Below, piece after piece: positions 54,255 through 64,000 of a stretch of DNA of 64,000 nucleotides. This stretch comes from Candidatus Omnitrophota bacterium. Lineage in GTDB: Bacteria > Omnitrophota > Gorgyraeia > 1-14-0-20-64-10. Position 1 is the first letter of the stretch. The number at the start of each line of letters is the position of its first letter. The notes below the pieces were generated by a model that made no database searches, was not told where the DNA came from, and saw only the letters and a list, made by a program, of their open reading frames with translations. Made by a program: the position numbers and the translations under genes. The stretch is from the NCBI GenBank assembly GCA_023818695.1, contig JAMWCF010000002.1, positions 64,066 through 128,065 of the forward strand. Direction: 5' to 3'.

Positions 54255-57200
54255 ATGGGCAGGGATGCGCTGCTGGAGAAGGGCAAGCGAATAATCAGAA
54301 TGAAAGAGAAACCAAAAAAAGCGGAGGAGTTACAGCCGAGATTCTTGCCCGACGTACCTCTGCCGGCCGATAAGGAGAAGGACGCTGTTTTCGGGCACGG
54401 CAGTATTGCCCGTAATCTCGCAAAAATCATCCAATCGTGCCCAGCACCCTTTACCATCGGCCTCTTTGGGAAGTGGGGTACTGGCAAGACAACGGTCATC
54501 AATCTTCTGAGCAGTGAACTAGAATCCTCCAAGAGACCTATCAGAATAGCCCGAGTAGATGCATGGAAGTATGAGGAGGATTCGCTCCGTCGGCAATTTC
54601 TAATAACGCTTGATAACGAACTTCAGCTCGGCTTGCAGTACCAGGACAAGCTTAACCAGACGCTCACGGAGGCCGACCCAACCAAAGGAAGAATTACTTT
54701 CGATTGGGGGTTACTCACCCGCGGTACCGTTGCTGTCTCTGCCGGACTTGTACTTATTGGTTTTATTCTTCAGCACCTGCCAGCCAAATATATTCCCCTG
54801 TTTAAGGCGATTGTTCCATCGTTATCGAATGTCCTCATCAGCTCGGGATTTCTCATTTTCATCTTGAATGTCCTCTTGGGACTCGTTAAAAGGGCGGGAA
54901 TCACTATAACCGAGCACCGGACGGATTCCGCTGAGGGTTTTGAACGGAAATTTACCGAGGACATCTTGAAGCACAAGATTCTTAGGGGGAAGCGTTTGCT
55001 GATAATCGTAGATAACCTGGATAGGTGCAGCCACGCGAAAGCCGTCGAGCTATTATCGACAATCAAGACGTTCTTAGCGAAGGATGAGCCGAAGGGTGGG
55101 GATCATTCAGAGCAGGCAGAATGTGTATTCTTGATCACCTGTGACGATCAAGCCATCAAGCAGCACATCAGGAGCGTCTATCTCAAGGATCATGAGAACA
55201 ATGCATCAGGCGCTTTTGATGTGGATGAGTTCCTGAGGAAGTTTTTCAACGCCTTCGTTCGCATCCCAAGCTTTATTGACACTGAATTGCAGAGCTATAC
55301 CGAAAAGCTTCTGGATAAGACGAATGTACCTCAACTTAAGTCAAAGGATTTGGCATATGTAATTACCAGTTCTTTCCGAGAGAACCCAAGGCAGATCAAG
55401 CAGTTTATTAATACTCTCTTGGCTCATTTTCTCTTAGCGAAGGAACGTGAGGAAGATGCCCATCCATTAATGCCGCCCGCTACCGTTACAGGAAATGTGG
55501 CCTTCCTTGCGAAACTGTTGATAATCCGTCAGCACTTCCCTGATGTATACCGGGAAATCGAAGAAAAGCATCTGACCGTTGACGAATTGCAGGATATTGG
55601 GATTTCAGATGCGGAACAACTCGAGGAGTTTAGGGCCTTCTTAAGAGCTACAAAGACGATTACCACCACAGACATCAGACCATTCATACATCTGAAGCAA
55701 TCCGAAGAAGAGCTCAAGATCCCTGCGGCAAAGGAGCTCGAGCTCGGTTTGGTCGATAACAAGCCAGAGAGCGTATCTGAGAAACTAAAAACCATCAAAG
55801 CGAATCCAAGTCAGCTTGAGAGTCTTAAAAGGTTTATCCCGGACCTTATCGGCAGAAACGCTGGCAGGAAGCAGTTATTGCTCAACATCGTGTCGTGCTC
55901 TCTCGAAAGCCTGAGGCAGAACAACATACAGTTAGGCAAGGAGTTCTATGACAAGATAGGAGATCTATTAGTCGAGGAAGGGGAGTTAAAGGGTGAGCTT
56001 CAAACGATTGAGCCTGTTTTGATCTTTGGAGAAGTATTGCCACGGTGTGATGCGAAATACAAGAGCGTAATCCTTAAACAGTACGCAGAATTATTCGCAC
56101 CCCAAGGGCAGTCACCACAGCGCCCCCCCATTGATTACGCGACAAAGCTGCTGGACCAGTTCATTTCTCACAAGGAAGAAATCAGACACAAGCTGCCTGA
56201 AATTAGGAAGGCGATGGTGGAGTTGTATTTTGCAGAGACGAAGCTGCTGGCTCTCCTCAAAGATAAGGCGGACGACCAGAAGGATTTTCTGACAGAGGAA
56301 TCACCATCGAAGTTAGCGGAAAGCTTGTCTGACCAGGATGTTGAGAATCAGGAGAGCCTAAAGGAGAAGTTAGACCTCTACATTAATTTTATAACAGTCG
56401 CCAAACCAGCGGCGGCAGACATGTTCCTCAAGCTGGCAACGCAATTGATTACCAACGAGAGCCAGAAGCCATATCGGCCAGCTAAGGAGCATCTCTTTTC
56501 CTGCGTTAGTGACGTTCTTTCGACTTACGAAAACTTGATCGGACAGATAGCGGACAAGAGCAATCTAACTAAGTTGTCAGATGCTTCGATACAGGCGTTC
56601 GGAAGGATTGGTGATTGGACGCAAAAGAGAATTGCGGTGCCGTTGCTATTAACCCTCGCACGACTTGATTCCGCGAGGGTTGGGCCTCTGGAATCCAACG
56701 TGCAGCGATTTGTCGGTAATACTGCGGTAGAGAATATTCAACACGTGCTTTCGAACCTGAATCAAGAGGCTCAACAGGCGTTTATTCAAAGGTACGAATC
56801 TGTTCTCAGGCCAAGGGTGCAGCAAGACCCAGCATTCTTTGAATTCATATATGAGAAGGCACCTGTAAGTATCAGGATGCAATGGTTTGGAAATCTCATT
56901 GCGTCTCCAAACTACGCGAGAGCTCTCAAGAAGCTAGAGGACATGAAATTCAAGGTAGATGACCCTAAAGCGATTGTCGACAAGCTGCTGAGCTATGTGC
57001 AGAACGTCGGTGAGAATGACAAGAGGGTCTTCTACAATGCGGTCAACCAAATGGAATGTGCGAACAACGCCGACCTCAAGACATTGTTCTGTTCACAAAT
57101 TAGGGCGTTACTGAAAGAAGGAAATGCTCAAGCGCAAGAGACGGGGCATTTAGCGCTGAAAGGAGCAGGCTATCTTTCGGAAACCCATAAACGGGACACG

Positions 57201-57593
57201 ACACGGGAAACAGTTGAGTGGCTGAAAACCTTAAGTCCTAATAATGCGCTCCATGCTCACGTGCATGCTATTAAGAGCGTGATGATTGGCTGGGCAATCG
57301 TGCCAGAGCCCGTGCAAAGAGGCTACGTGGATTTTGTCTTTGACAAGCTTATACGAAGGTCGTCGTCCCTCGACAGTATTAAGTTGGGTTTCGAGATACT
57401 TGTCGAAGTGACCCCGACTTACGAATCTCACAAGACGTACTTCGACGACTTATATACGAAGATTGAAGGTGAAGGCAACGCACAAATCAAGGCCGAGCTG
57501 ATAGCCGGATTAATGAAGCTGAAACCGAAAGAAAAGGGAATGGCCGATAAAGAGTTTTGGGAAAAGGTCGAAAAGTTGGCCAGTTCTGCATAG
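54255..57593 (+). CDS. KAP-family P-loop NTPase with inserted TM hairpin and about 650-aa helical-repeat C-terminal extension
   Basis: Walker A GLFGKWGTGKTTV and Walker B LLIIVDNLDRC. Two TM helices sit between them (AVSAGLVLIGFILQHL, ISSGFLIFILNVLLGLV), as in KAP NTPases. Confidence 0.8.
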   Translation: MGRDALLEKGKRIIRMKEKPKKAEELQPRFLPDVPLPADKEKDAVFGHGSIARNLAKIIQSCPAPFTIGLFGKWGTGKTTVINLLSSELESSKRPIRIARVDAWKYEEDSLRRQFLITLDNELQLGLQYQDKLNQTLTEADPTKGRITFDWGLLTRGTVAVSAGLVLIGFILQHLPAKYIPLFKAIVPSLSNVLISSGFLIFILNVLLGLVKRAGITITEHRTDSAEGFERKFTEDILKHKILRGKRLLIIVDNLDRCSHAKAVELLSTIKTFLAKDEPKGGDHSEQAECVFLITCDDQAIKQHIRSVYLKDHENNASGAFDVDEFLRKFFNAFVRIPSFIDTELQSYTEKLLDKTNVPQLKSKDLAYVITSSFRENPRQIKQFINTLLAHFLLAKEREEDAHPLMPPATVTGNVAFLAKLLIIRQHFPDVYREIEEKHLTVDELQDIGISDAEQLEEFRAFLRATKTITTTDIRPFIHLKQSEEELKIPAAKELELGLVDNKPESVSEKLKTIKANPSQLESLKRFIPDLIGRNAGRKQLLLNIVSCSLESLRQNNIQLGKEFYDKIGDLLVEEGELKGELQTIEPVLIFGEVLPRCDAKYKSVILKQYAELFAPQGQSPQRPPIDYATKLLDQFISHKEEIRHKLPEIRKAMVELYFAETKLLALLKDKADDQKDFLTEESPSKLAESLSDQDVENQESLKEKLDLYINFITVAKPAAADMFLKLATQLITNESQKPYRPAKEHLFSCVSDVLSTYENLIGQIADKSNLTKLSDASIQAFGRIGDWTQKRIAVPLLLTLARLDSARVGPLESNVQRFVGNTAVENIQHVLSNLNQEAQQAFIQRYESVLRPRVQQDPAFFEFIYEKAPVSIRMQWFGNLIASPNYARALKKLEDMKFKVDDPKAIVDKLLSYVQNVGENDKRVFYNAVNQMECANNADLKTLFCSQIRALLKEGNAQAQETGHLALKGAGYLSETHKRDTTRETVEWLKTLSPNNALHAHVHAIKSVMIGWAIVPEPVQRGYVDFVFDKLIRRSSSLDSIKLGFEILVEVTPTYESHKTYFDDLYTKIEGEGNAQIKAELIAGLMKLKPKEKGMADKEFWEKVEKLASSA

Positions 57594-57599
57594 GGGCTC

Positions 57600-59165
57600 A
57601 TGGAAAACGTTATAAGTTCCGCGCCACCCGTTAAGAGCATGGACATTAAGACACTCGAATCGTGGCTGTGGGAGGCTGCTTGCAGCATTCGCGGTGCCGT
57701 CGATGCGCCAAAGTTCAAGGACTACATTCTTCCGCTTATTTTCATAAAGCGACTTTCCGATGTGTTTGAAGACGAAATCAAGCGGCTTGCCGATGAGTTT
57801 GGCGATGAGAAGACTGCCTATGAGATGGCATCAAAGGACCATAAGCTCGTCAGGTTCTTTATCCCTAGGAAAGCGTCGTGGCCTGAAATAAGGAAGCAAA
57901 CGTCGGAAATAGGACAGAAGCTTACCGATGCTGCGAGAGCCATTGCCAAGGAAAACCCTTCGCTGCAAGGTGTTATTGATATCGTGGACTTTAATGCCAC
58001 GGTAAGCGGGCAGCGAATTATCGAGGACGGCAAGCTCAGCAAGCTCATTGAAATCATCAGCAAGCACCGGCTCGGATTGCTGGATGCGGAGCCTGACATT
58101 CTTGGTAGGGCATACGAATATCTTCTGAGGAAGTTTGCCGAGGGGCAGGGGCAAAGTGCCGGCGAGTTCTACACTCCGAAGGAAGTTGGCTGGATTATGG
58201 CTTACATTCTGGATCCTCAGCAAGGGCAAGAAGTGTATGACCCTGCTTGTGGTTCAGGCGGCTTGCTCGTGAAGTGCCAGCTCGCTCTCAAGGAGAAAGA
58301 GAGGAAAATCACAAGGCCGTTGCAATTGCATGGCCAGGAACAGAATCACGTCACTTACGCAATGGCAAAGATGAACATGATTATTCACGACATGGAGGGC
58401 GAGATTGCCATTGGCGATACACTCAGAAATCCAAAGTTCCTTGAAAGGGATGGGCTGAAGAAGTTCGATTTTGTCGTTGCCAATCCCATGTGGAACCAGG
58501 ATGGCTACGATGCTGCGTTCTATGAGGGTGATACCTTCAACCGCTTTGTCCATGGCTACCCGCCTGCAAGCTCTGCGGATTGGGGCTGGATACAGCATAT
58601 GTTTGCCTCTCTCAGCAGCGACGGCAAGGCGGCAATAGTCCTTGATACCGGCGCTGTTTCGCGGGGCTCTGGCGGAGAAGGAAGCAACAAGGAACGCGAT
58701 ATCAGAAAACAGTTCGTCGAGAAGGACTGGATTGAGGCTGTGCTGCTTCTTCCCGAAAACCTGTTTTACAACACTACAGCCCCGGGCATTGTCTTGATCC
58801 TGAACAAGAACAAAGCGAAAGCCCGCAAGGGAAAGATCCTGCTCATCAATGCCTCGCTCCTGTTCGAGAAGGGTAGGCCCAAGAATTTCATTCCCGACGA
58901 TAAAATCAAGCAGATCGCCAAAGCATTCCACAATTGGAAGGACGTGGCGAAGCTGACGAAGATTATCACGACGGAAGAAGCCGCAAAGAACGACTACAAC
59001 CTGAGCCCATCGCGGTACGTTGGCAATGGTGAGGCTGTGCAGTACCGTGACGTTGATGAAATCCTCGTCGAGCTCTCGGAATTGGAGGAAGAGCGCGCAA
59101 AGACAGACAAGGAGCTCGACGCCATCATGAAGAAAATCGGTTTCAGGGGGTTCTTGCAACGATGA
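57600..59165 (+). CDS. hsdM: Type I restriction-modification system methyltransferase subunit
   Basis: N-terminal HsdM domain (LWEAACSIRGAVDAPKFKDYILPLIFIKRLSD), motif I YDPACGSGGLL and motif IV VVANPMWNQ. Confidence 0.9.
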   Translation: MENVISSAPPVKSMDIKTLESWLWEAACSIRGAVDAPKFKDYILPLIFIKRLSDVFEDEIKRLADEFGDEKTAYEMASKDHKLVRFFIPRKASWPEIRKQTSEIGQKLTDAARAIAKENPSLQGVIDIVDFNATVSGQRIIEDGKLSKLIEIISKHRLGLLDAEPDILGRAYEYLLRKFAEGQGQSAGEFYTPKEVGWIMAYILDPQQGQEVYDPACGSGGLLVKCQLALKEKERKITRPLQLHGQEQNHVTYAMAKMNMIIHDMEGEIAIGDTLRNPKFLERDGLKKFDFVVANPMWNQDGYDAAFYEGDTFNRFVHGYPPASSADWGWIQHMFASLSSDGKAAIVLDTGAVSRGSGGEGSNKERDIRKQFVEKDWIEAVLLLPENLFYNTTAPGIVLILNKNKAKARKGKILLINASLLFEKGRPKNFIPDDKIKQIAKAFHNWKDVAKLTKIITTEEAAKNDYNLSPSRYVGNGEAVQYRDVDEILVELSELEEERAKTDKELDAIMKKIGFRGFLQR

Positions 59166-60469
59166 AAGCGGTGGCGTCATCCGCGAATGGCCTCAAGCAG
59201 ACGGAGATTGGCGAAGTGCCGTCGGATTGGGACACTGCGACTCTTCGTGAGAAATATTCTTTTACGAAGAAGCCACGCGGTTTGCGGCTTGAAAAGTTTG
59301 AGATGATTCCTTTTGTTCCTATGGACCTTATCCCATACGCGAGCCCATCGTTCGCTGATTATCTTCTGAAGAAGCCAAGCGAGATATCCAGCGGGACTTA
59401 CTTTGAAGCAGGAGATATCCTGCTACCAAAAATCACCCCTTCTTTTGAGAACGGCAAACAGGGAATCATTCACGACTTGCCTCACGGATTTGGAATGGCT
59501 ACTACCGAGGTGATTCCGATAAATCAAGTAGCTGGCGTTAGTGACAGGCTCTTTCTCTTCTATTACTTGCTCAAAGATGACATAAGGGATGGACTCGCCG
59601 GCAAGATGGAAGGGAGTACAGGACGGCAACGCCTAAGCAAGGCTGTTCTTGAGGAGCTGCATATCCCTTTTCCACCGCTTCCGGAACAAAAACGGATCGC
59701 TGGGTTCCTTTTCAAAATCCAACAAGTCATCGTGCTTCAGGAAAAACTCATCACAAAAACCCGCGAACTCAAGGCTGCCCTGATACAGAAGCTCTTCACT
59801 GAGGGGTTGCATGGAGAAGAGCAGAAGCAGACAGAGATTGGATTGATACCGAAGAGTTGGGAACTACAGCGCGTCGGCGAAATCTGCGAAAAGCCCACCT
59901 ATGGCTACACAGAACGCGCATCCGAGAAGCCAGTTGGGCCGAGATTCTTGAGAATCACTGATATAACGGAACAGGGTGTTGATTGGTCACAGGTTCCGTA
60001 CTGTAAATGTCCCCACAAGTTTCTTCCGAAATACCAATTAAAGCAGGGCGATATTCTCTTTGCCAGGATAGGCGCTACCACGGGCAAGAGTTATCTCGTT
60101 GAGAATCCCCCTGTTGCCATTTACGCCTCCTATCTCATCAGAGTACGGACTAATCCAACTCTCAGCCCCTCTTATCTTTATCACTACTTCAACTCTGAAC
60201 TCTACTGGAAACAGGTGAACGCGAACAAAGGAAGCAATCTGAAGAAAGGCGTAAATGGATCGATACTCGCAAGGTTATTAGTACCCATTCCAAAAGACCG
60301 CGATGAACAGAGGCAGATCGCCGATGTGTTGGTTGCTGTTGATGGAAAGATAGCTCGCGCTACAACGAGAAAAAGACGCCTTCAGGCCCTCTTCCATTCC
60401 ATGCTCCACCAACTCATGACCGGGAAAATCAGAGTTAAAGACCTCGATCTCGTAACTGAAAATGTCTGA
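59162..60469 (+). CDS. hsdS: Type I restriction-modification system specificity subunit
   Basis: ATGA overlap with hsdM. Two target-recognition domains separated by conserved helices (PPLPEQKRIAGFL, RDEQRQIADVL). Confidence 0.85.
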   Translation: MKAVASSANGLKQTEIGEVPSDWDTATLREKYSFTKKPRGLRLEKFEMIPFVPMDLIPYASPSFADYLLKKPSEISSGTYFEAGDILLPKITPSFENGKQGIIHDLPHGFGMATTEVIPINQVAGVSDRLFLFYYLLKDDIRDGLAGKMEGSTGRQRLSKAVLEELHIPFPPLPEQKRIAGFLFKIQQVIVLQEKLITKTRELKAALIQKLFTEGLHGEEQKQTEIGLIPKSWELQRVGEICEKPTYGYTERASEKPVGPRFLRITDITEQGVDWSQVPYCKCPHKFLPKYQLKQGDILFARIGATTGKSYLVENPPVAIYASYLIRVRTNPTLSPSYLYHYFNSELYWKQVNANKGSNLKKGVNGSILARLLVPIPKDRDEQRQIADVLVAVDGKIARATTRKRRLQALFHSMLHQLMTGKIRVKDLDLVTENV

Positions 60470-63341
60470 AAGGAAGGTTGTGCAGAATCCACTGATTAAG
60501 TATGCGACGCAGATAGGCTGGACGCTCTTAAAGCAAGAAGAAGCCCTGTCTCTCAGGAATGGCGAGGCAGGGCTGTTTTTGTATGAAGTTCTGAAACGAA
60601 AACTTATCGAGCTCAATCCGAAGCTGATAACGCAGAGCAACGTCGGCGAGCTTGTGAAGCGGCTTGAGAACGTCCGCGCCGGCATGGATGGCAATCTCGA
60701 AATCCTTGAGTTTCTTCGTGGCGAGAAATCAATCTACGACGCCAAAGAGAAGCGGGAGATTAACGTCGAGTTCATTGACTTCGAGAATCCAGACAACAAT
60801 GAGTTCCACGTCACGGACGAATGGCAGTACACGAATGGTAAGTTCACCAATCGCAGCGACGTCATGTTTCTCATCAATGGCATTCCCGTCGTGATTGCCG
60901 AAACGAAGGGAGCCAACAAGCGGGAAGGTATCACCGAGGGAATCACGCAGATCCGCAGATACCATGCGGAAACCCCGGAGATGATGACCCCGCCGCAGAT
61001 ATTCGACGTCACGCACATGCTTGATTTCTATTATGGGGTGACCTGGAACCTCGACAGGAAAGGATTGTTCAACTGGAAGGACGTCGAGAAAGGCAACTAC
61101 GAGAAGAAGGTCAAGACGTTCTTCCAAAGGGAGCGCATCCTCCAGTTTCTCCGAGATTACATCGTGTTCTATCGCAAGGATGACGTTCTCTCCAAGATTA
61201 TCCTCAGACAGCATCAGACACGAGCTGTCGAAAAGATTGTCGTTAGAGCTCTCGATAGGAAGAAAAAGACCGGCTTGATATGGCATGCTCAGGGCTCAGG
61301 CAAGACCTTCACGATGATTGTGGCAGCAGAGAAGATTCTTGAGCAGCCGGAGTTCGAGAAGCCCACCATCATTATGCTCGTGGATAGAAATGAACTGGAA
61401 AGCCAGCTATTCCGCAATCTTGAAGCATATGGGTTCAAAGAAGGCTCAGGATTCGAGATAGCTGATTCGAAGAGTGAGCTTGAGGATTTGCTTTCTTCCG
61501 ATTATCGAGGGCTTATCGTTTCGACGATTCAGAAGTTCGAAAGCATGCCGAAGAAAGTGGACGAGCGACATAACATATTCGTGCTCGTCGATGAAGCCCA
61601 TCGGACGACTACAGGCGATCTCGGCAATTACCTCATGGCTGCATTGCCAAATGCCTCGTACTTCGGATTCACCGGCACTCCGATAGACAAGATTCTCTAC
61701 GGCAGAGGCACGTTCAAAGTGTTCGGAAAGGACGACAAAGGCGGCTATCTCGATAAGTATTCCATCGCTGAATCAATCGAAGACGGCACTACAGTACCTC
61801 TGCATTACACTCTTGCTCCGAACGAAGTCAGAGTTCCCAAGGACATGCTCGAAAAGGAATTCTTCTCCCTCATGGAGAAGGAGGGCGTCAGCGATATCGA
61901 CGAGCTGAACAAGCTCCTTGAAAGGTCGGTGAACCTCAAGAACTTCCTGAAATCGAAAGACAGGGTGAGGAAAGTCGCGGCGTTCGTTGCCGAGCATTAC
62001 CGCAAGAACGTCGAGCCGCTTGGCTACAAGGCATTTCTCGTCGGCGTAGATAGGGAAGCCTGCGCACTCTACAAGAAGGAACTCGACAGGCATCTGCCGC
62101 CGGAATACTCGGAAGTCGTGTACACGCAGATGCACAACGACAAGGAGCTGCTGAAGGAGTTCTATCTGGCAGAGCAGGAGGAGAAGCAGCTTCGCAAGGA
62201 TTTCCTCAAGAAAGACACGCAGCCGAAGATTCTCATCGTCACGGAGAAGCTTCTTACTGGCTATGATGCGCCGATTCTCTACTGCATGTATCTCGACAAG
62301 CCCATGAAGGATCATACGCTCCTGCAGGCAATCGCGAGAGTGAATCGCCCGTATGAAGATGCGGATGGTGTCAAGAAACCCTCGGGATTCGTGCTCGATT
62401 TCGTGGGCATATTCGAGAAACTTGAGAAGGCGTTGGCTTTCGACTCGGAAACAGTCGGCAGCGTCGTCAAGAACATCGACGTTTTGAAGAGGAGTTTTGC
62501 CAACCTGATGGAGAAGCAGGGCGCGAAATATCTCAGACTTATCGCGAATGGCTTCGATGACAAGGTTGTCGAACGAGCAATAGACAGCTTCTCTGACAAG
62601 GATAAGCGCGAGGATTTCTTCAAGTTCTTCAAGCAGACCGAGATGCTCTACGAAATCATCTCTCCCGATTCATTCATGCGGGACTACATGGAAGGCTACT
62701 TCAAGCTCTCGTATCTCTACAGCGTCGTGCAGAATGCCTATTCCAAGAGGATACTGGTTGACCCTGACTTGATGCGGAAGACACGGGAGCTTGTAAGAGA
62801 GCAGGTGCAATCAGATGGCCTGCAATCCATGCTCCCCATCTATGAAATCAACGAGCAGACGCTTGAATCTCTCAAGAAAGGAAAGCAGTCGGACAACGTG
62901 AAAGTCATCAACCTGAGCAAGAGTATCGCCAAGGTTGTGCTCGATAACGAGGATGACGAGCCATTCCTGATTCCCATAGGGGAGAAGGCGCAGCAGGTAA
63001 TCGAATCATACGACGAGCGGAGAATCACGACGCTGGATGCCTTGCGAAGGCTGGAAGGCATCATCAAGGAGATTAACGAGGCGAGGAAAGAGCAGGCAGA
63101 GAAGAACTTCGACGTCGAAACCTTTACGGTTTACTGGATTCTCAAGAAATCAGACATACAAAGGCCCGAAGAGGTTGCCGTAAAAATAAGCGAGGTATTC
63201 AAGGCATTTCCGAACTGGAGAGTAAACGGCGAGGAATCGCGGCAGCTTACGACGCAGCTCTACAAGATTTTGCTCAAGGCAGCGGAGAAAGACAAAGCCG
63301 TCGAGCTGGTCGATGGGCTGCTTGGATTGAAGAGGAAATAA
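60462..63341 (+). CDS. hsdR: Type I restriction enzyme R subunit
   Basis: N-terminal PD-(D/E)xK region (SDVMFLINGIPVVIAETKG) and helicase motifs HAQGSGKTFTM and VLVDEAHRTT. 8-nt overlap with hsdS. Confidence 0.9.
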   Translation: MSERKVVQNPLIKYATQIGWTLLKQEEALSLRNGEAGLFLYEVLKRKLIELNPKLITQSNVGELVKRLENVRAGMDGNLEILEFLRGEKSIYDAKEKREINVEFIDFENPDNNEFHVTDEWQYTNGKFTNRSDVMFLINGIPVVIAETKGANKREGITEGITQIRRYHAETPEMMTPPQIFDVTHMLDFYYGVTWNLDRKGLFNWKDVEKGNYEKKVKTFFQRERILQFLRDYIVFYRKDDVLSKIILRQHQTRAVEKIVVRALDRKKKTGLIWHAQGSGKTFTMIVAAEKILEQPEFEKPTIIMLVDRNELESQLFRNLEAYGFKEGSGFEIADSKSELEDLLSSDYRGLIVSTIQKFESMPKKVDERHNIFVLVDEAHRTTTGDLGNYLMAALPNASYFGFTGTPIDKILYGRGTFKVFGKDDKGGYLDKYSIAESIEDGTTVPLHYTLAPNEVRVPKDMLEKEFFSLMEKEGVSDIDELNKLLERSVNLKNFLKSKDRVRKVAAFVAEHYRKNVEPLGYKAFLVGVDREACALYKKELDRHLPPEYSEVVYTQMHNDKELLKEFYLAEQEEKQLRKDFLKKDTQPKILIVTEKLLTGYDAPILYCMYLDKPMKDHTLLQAIARVNRPYEDADGVKKPSGFVLDFVGIFEKLEKALAFDSETVGSVVKNIDVLKRSFANLMEKQGAKYLRLIANGFDDKVVERAIDSFSDKDKREDFFKFFKQTEMLYEIISPDSFMRDYMEGYFKLSYLYSVVQNAYSKRILVDPDLMRKTRELVREQVQSDGLQSMLPIYEINEQTLESLKKGKQSDNVKVINLSKSIAKVVLDNEDDEPFLIPIGEKAQQVIESYDERRITTLDALRRLEGIIKEINEARKEQAEKNFDVETFTVYWILKKSDIQRPEEVAVKISEVFKAFPNWRVNGEESRQLTTQLYKILLKAAEKDKAVELVDGLLGLKRK

Positions 63342-63342
63342 C

Positions 63343-63696
63343 ATGGCAGGGAATGGAACTGTGGCAGAGAGGAATGGCAGGCTTAGCCTCGCTGATTTCA
63401 AAGCCTCTGTATCAGAGTGGGCTCAGAGGATAGAAGTGCAGCCGAAAGAGATACACATTCGTCAGATGAGGAACAAGTGGGCGTCGGTTTCAACGAATGG
63501 AAGGCTAAGCTTTAATGCAGAGCTGCTTGAGATGGAAAAAAGGTACAGGGATTACGTTATCGTTCACGAGTTGGTTCACATGAAAGTCCCGAATCACGGA
63601 AAGCTGTTCAAGAGTTTGATGTTTGCCTTTCTGCCGAAATGGGAGAGCCTCGCCGGACAGCTTGGCGTGAGAGAATCAGCCGCAAGTTCCGCTTGA
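63343..63696 (+). CDS. DUF45/YgjP-like (M48-type) zinc metallopeptidase, short form
   Basis: Zn motif VIVHELVHMKVPNHGKLF. Starts 1 nt after the hsdR stop. At 117 aa it is shorter than typical family members. Confidence 0.6.
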   Translation: MAGNGTVAERNGRLSLADFKASVSEWAQRIEVQPKEIHIRQMRNKWASVSTNGRLSFNAELLEMEKRYRDYVIVHELVHMKVPNHGKLFKSLMFAFLPKWESLAGQLGVRESAASSA

Positions 63697-64000
63697 CGAG
63701 TTCACCTTTCTTCAGAAAAGCGAACGCCTCACCCACCGAAGCCCAAACCAGCCCCGTTTCCCGACGAAGAAGCACTGCATTACCTGCCAGCAGTAAGCAT
63801 CCAAAAGCCCTCGCTTAAAATCAGACCGCTTTCCTAACTGCTTGAGGGGCTGTGAGTAAAACACCACTCCCGGCAGGAAAGGCTTATAAACTCTTGAGGT
63901 GCTCCCCATCAAACTGTACCATTTTGAGCCTTGGATAAGACAAGGTCCAAAGCCCCATGCCTGACCGCTTGAGGGGTCCGGTAGCCGAGGGATTGATGAA

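Noticed and set aside
63729-63737. Possible distal att repeat of the tRNA-His 3' end (TCACCCACC) just after the DUF45 gene.
   Set aside because: Only 9 nt match and the flanking bases do not. A match of this length is expected by chance roughly once per 100 kb scale, and the composition beyond it does not return to the high-GC background.
63712-64000. 66-aa minus-strand ORF (63712..63912) and a second minus-strand frame entering from the window edge (ending about 63886). Both contain a PLK(R/Q) segment, so they could be a frameshifted mobile-element gene.
   Set aside because: No recognisable transposase or integrase motif, the fragments are too short, and the window ends here. It cannot be supported as a feature.

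Overview
This is a 64-kb window from a GC-rich, Gram-negative-type bacterial chromosome (TolC, OmpA, AsmA and BatD-like envelope genes). Genes are almost all on the + strand and tightly packed, with many ATGA/GTGA start-stop overlaps. In order: (1) nt 6-10235, the last 10.2 kb of one giant ORF (at least 3409 aa) that fuses an LbH transferase-like region, a galactokinase-like GHMP kinase, a phosphohexomutase and a ROK kinase, with the modules separated by a recurring SAGLE[E/G] peptide. (2) Small envelope and secreted proteins. (3) A thrC / MoaD-ThiS-like (GG-Cys end) / NIL-domain trio. (4) ECF sigma, anti-sigma and a CpxP-like protein, followed by CusCBA-type heavy-metal RND efflux and a thiol-redox/permease set. 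(5) The glycine-cleavage operon gcvT-gcvH-gcvPA-gcvPB plus a lipoate-ligase-family gene. (6) Welded directly onto that operon, a lasso-peptide biosynthetic cluster: PqqD-like B1, transglutaminase-like B2, Asn-synthetase-like cyclase C, and a 54-aa precursor that the ORF track shows only as the 3' part of a 73-aa ORF (35215..35436) and that overlaps the 3' end of C. The cluster also has an HPr-kinase-like tail kinase, a GT2::PF14907 nucleotidyltransferase fusion, a GT4 glycosyltransferase and a SAM methyltransferase; this is my best candidate for the novel system. (7) tRNA-Leu, a repeat protein, an HD-GYP protein, smpB-ssrA(tmRNA), murI, queC, a HEAT protein, queE, rph, rdgB and AsmA-family genes. 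(8) tRNA-Pro, tRNA-Arg and tRNA-His. (9) From about 51.98 kb to the window end, a visibly lower-GC island with a KAP P-loop NTPase, AlbA_2 and HTH proteins and a complete type I R-M system (hsdM-hsdS-hsdR plus a DUF45 peptidase). The noncoding spacers next to every tRNA/tmRNA locus carry a family of perfect G-rich hairpins. The 3' ends of tRNA-Leu and tmRNA are each duplicated as short direct repeats bracketing small noncoding inserts. No CRISPR array, rRNA gene, or intact transposase or integrase was seen.
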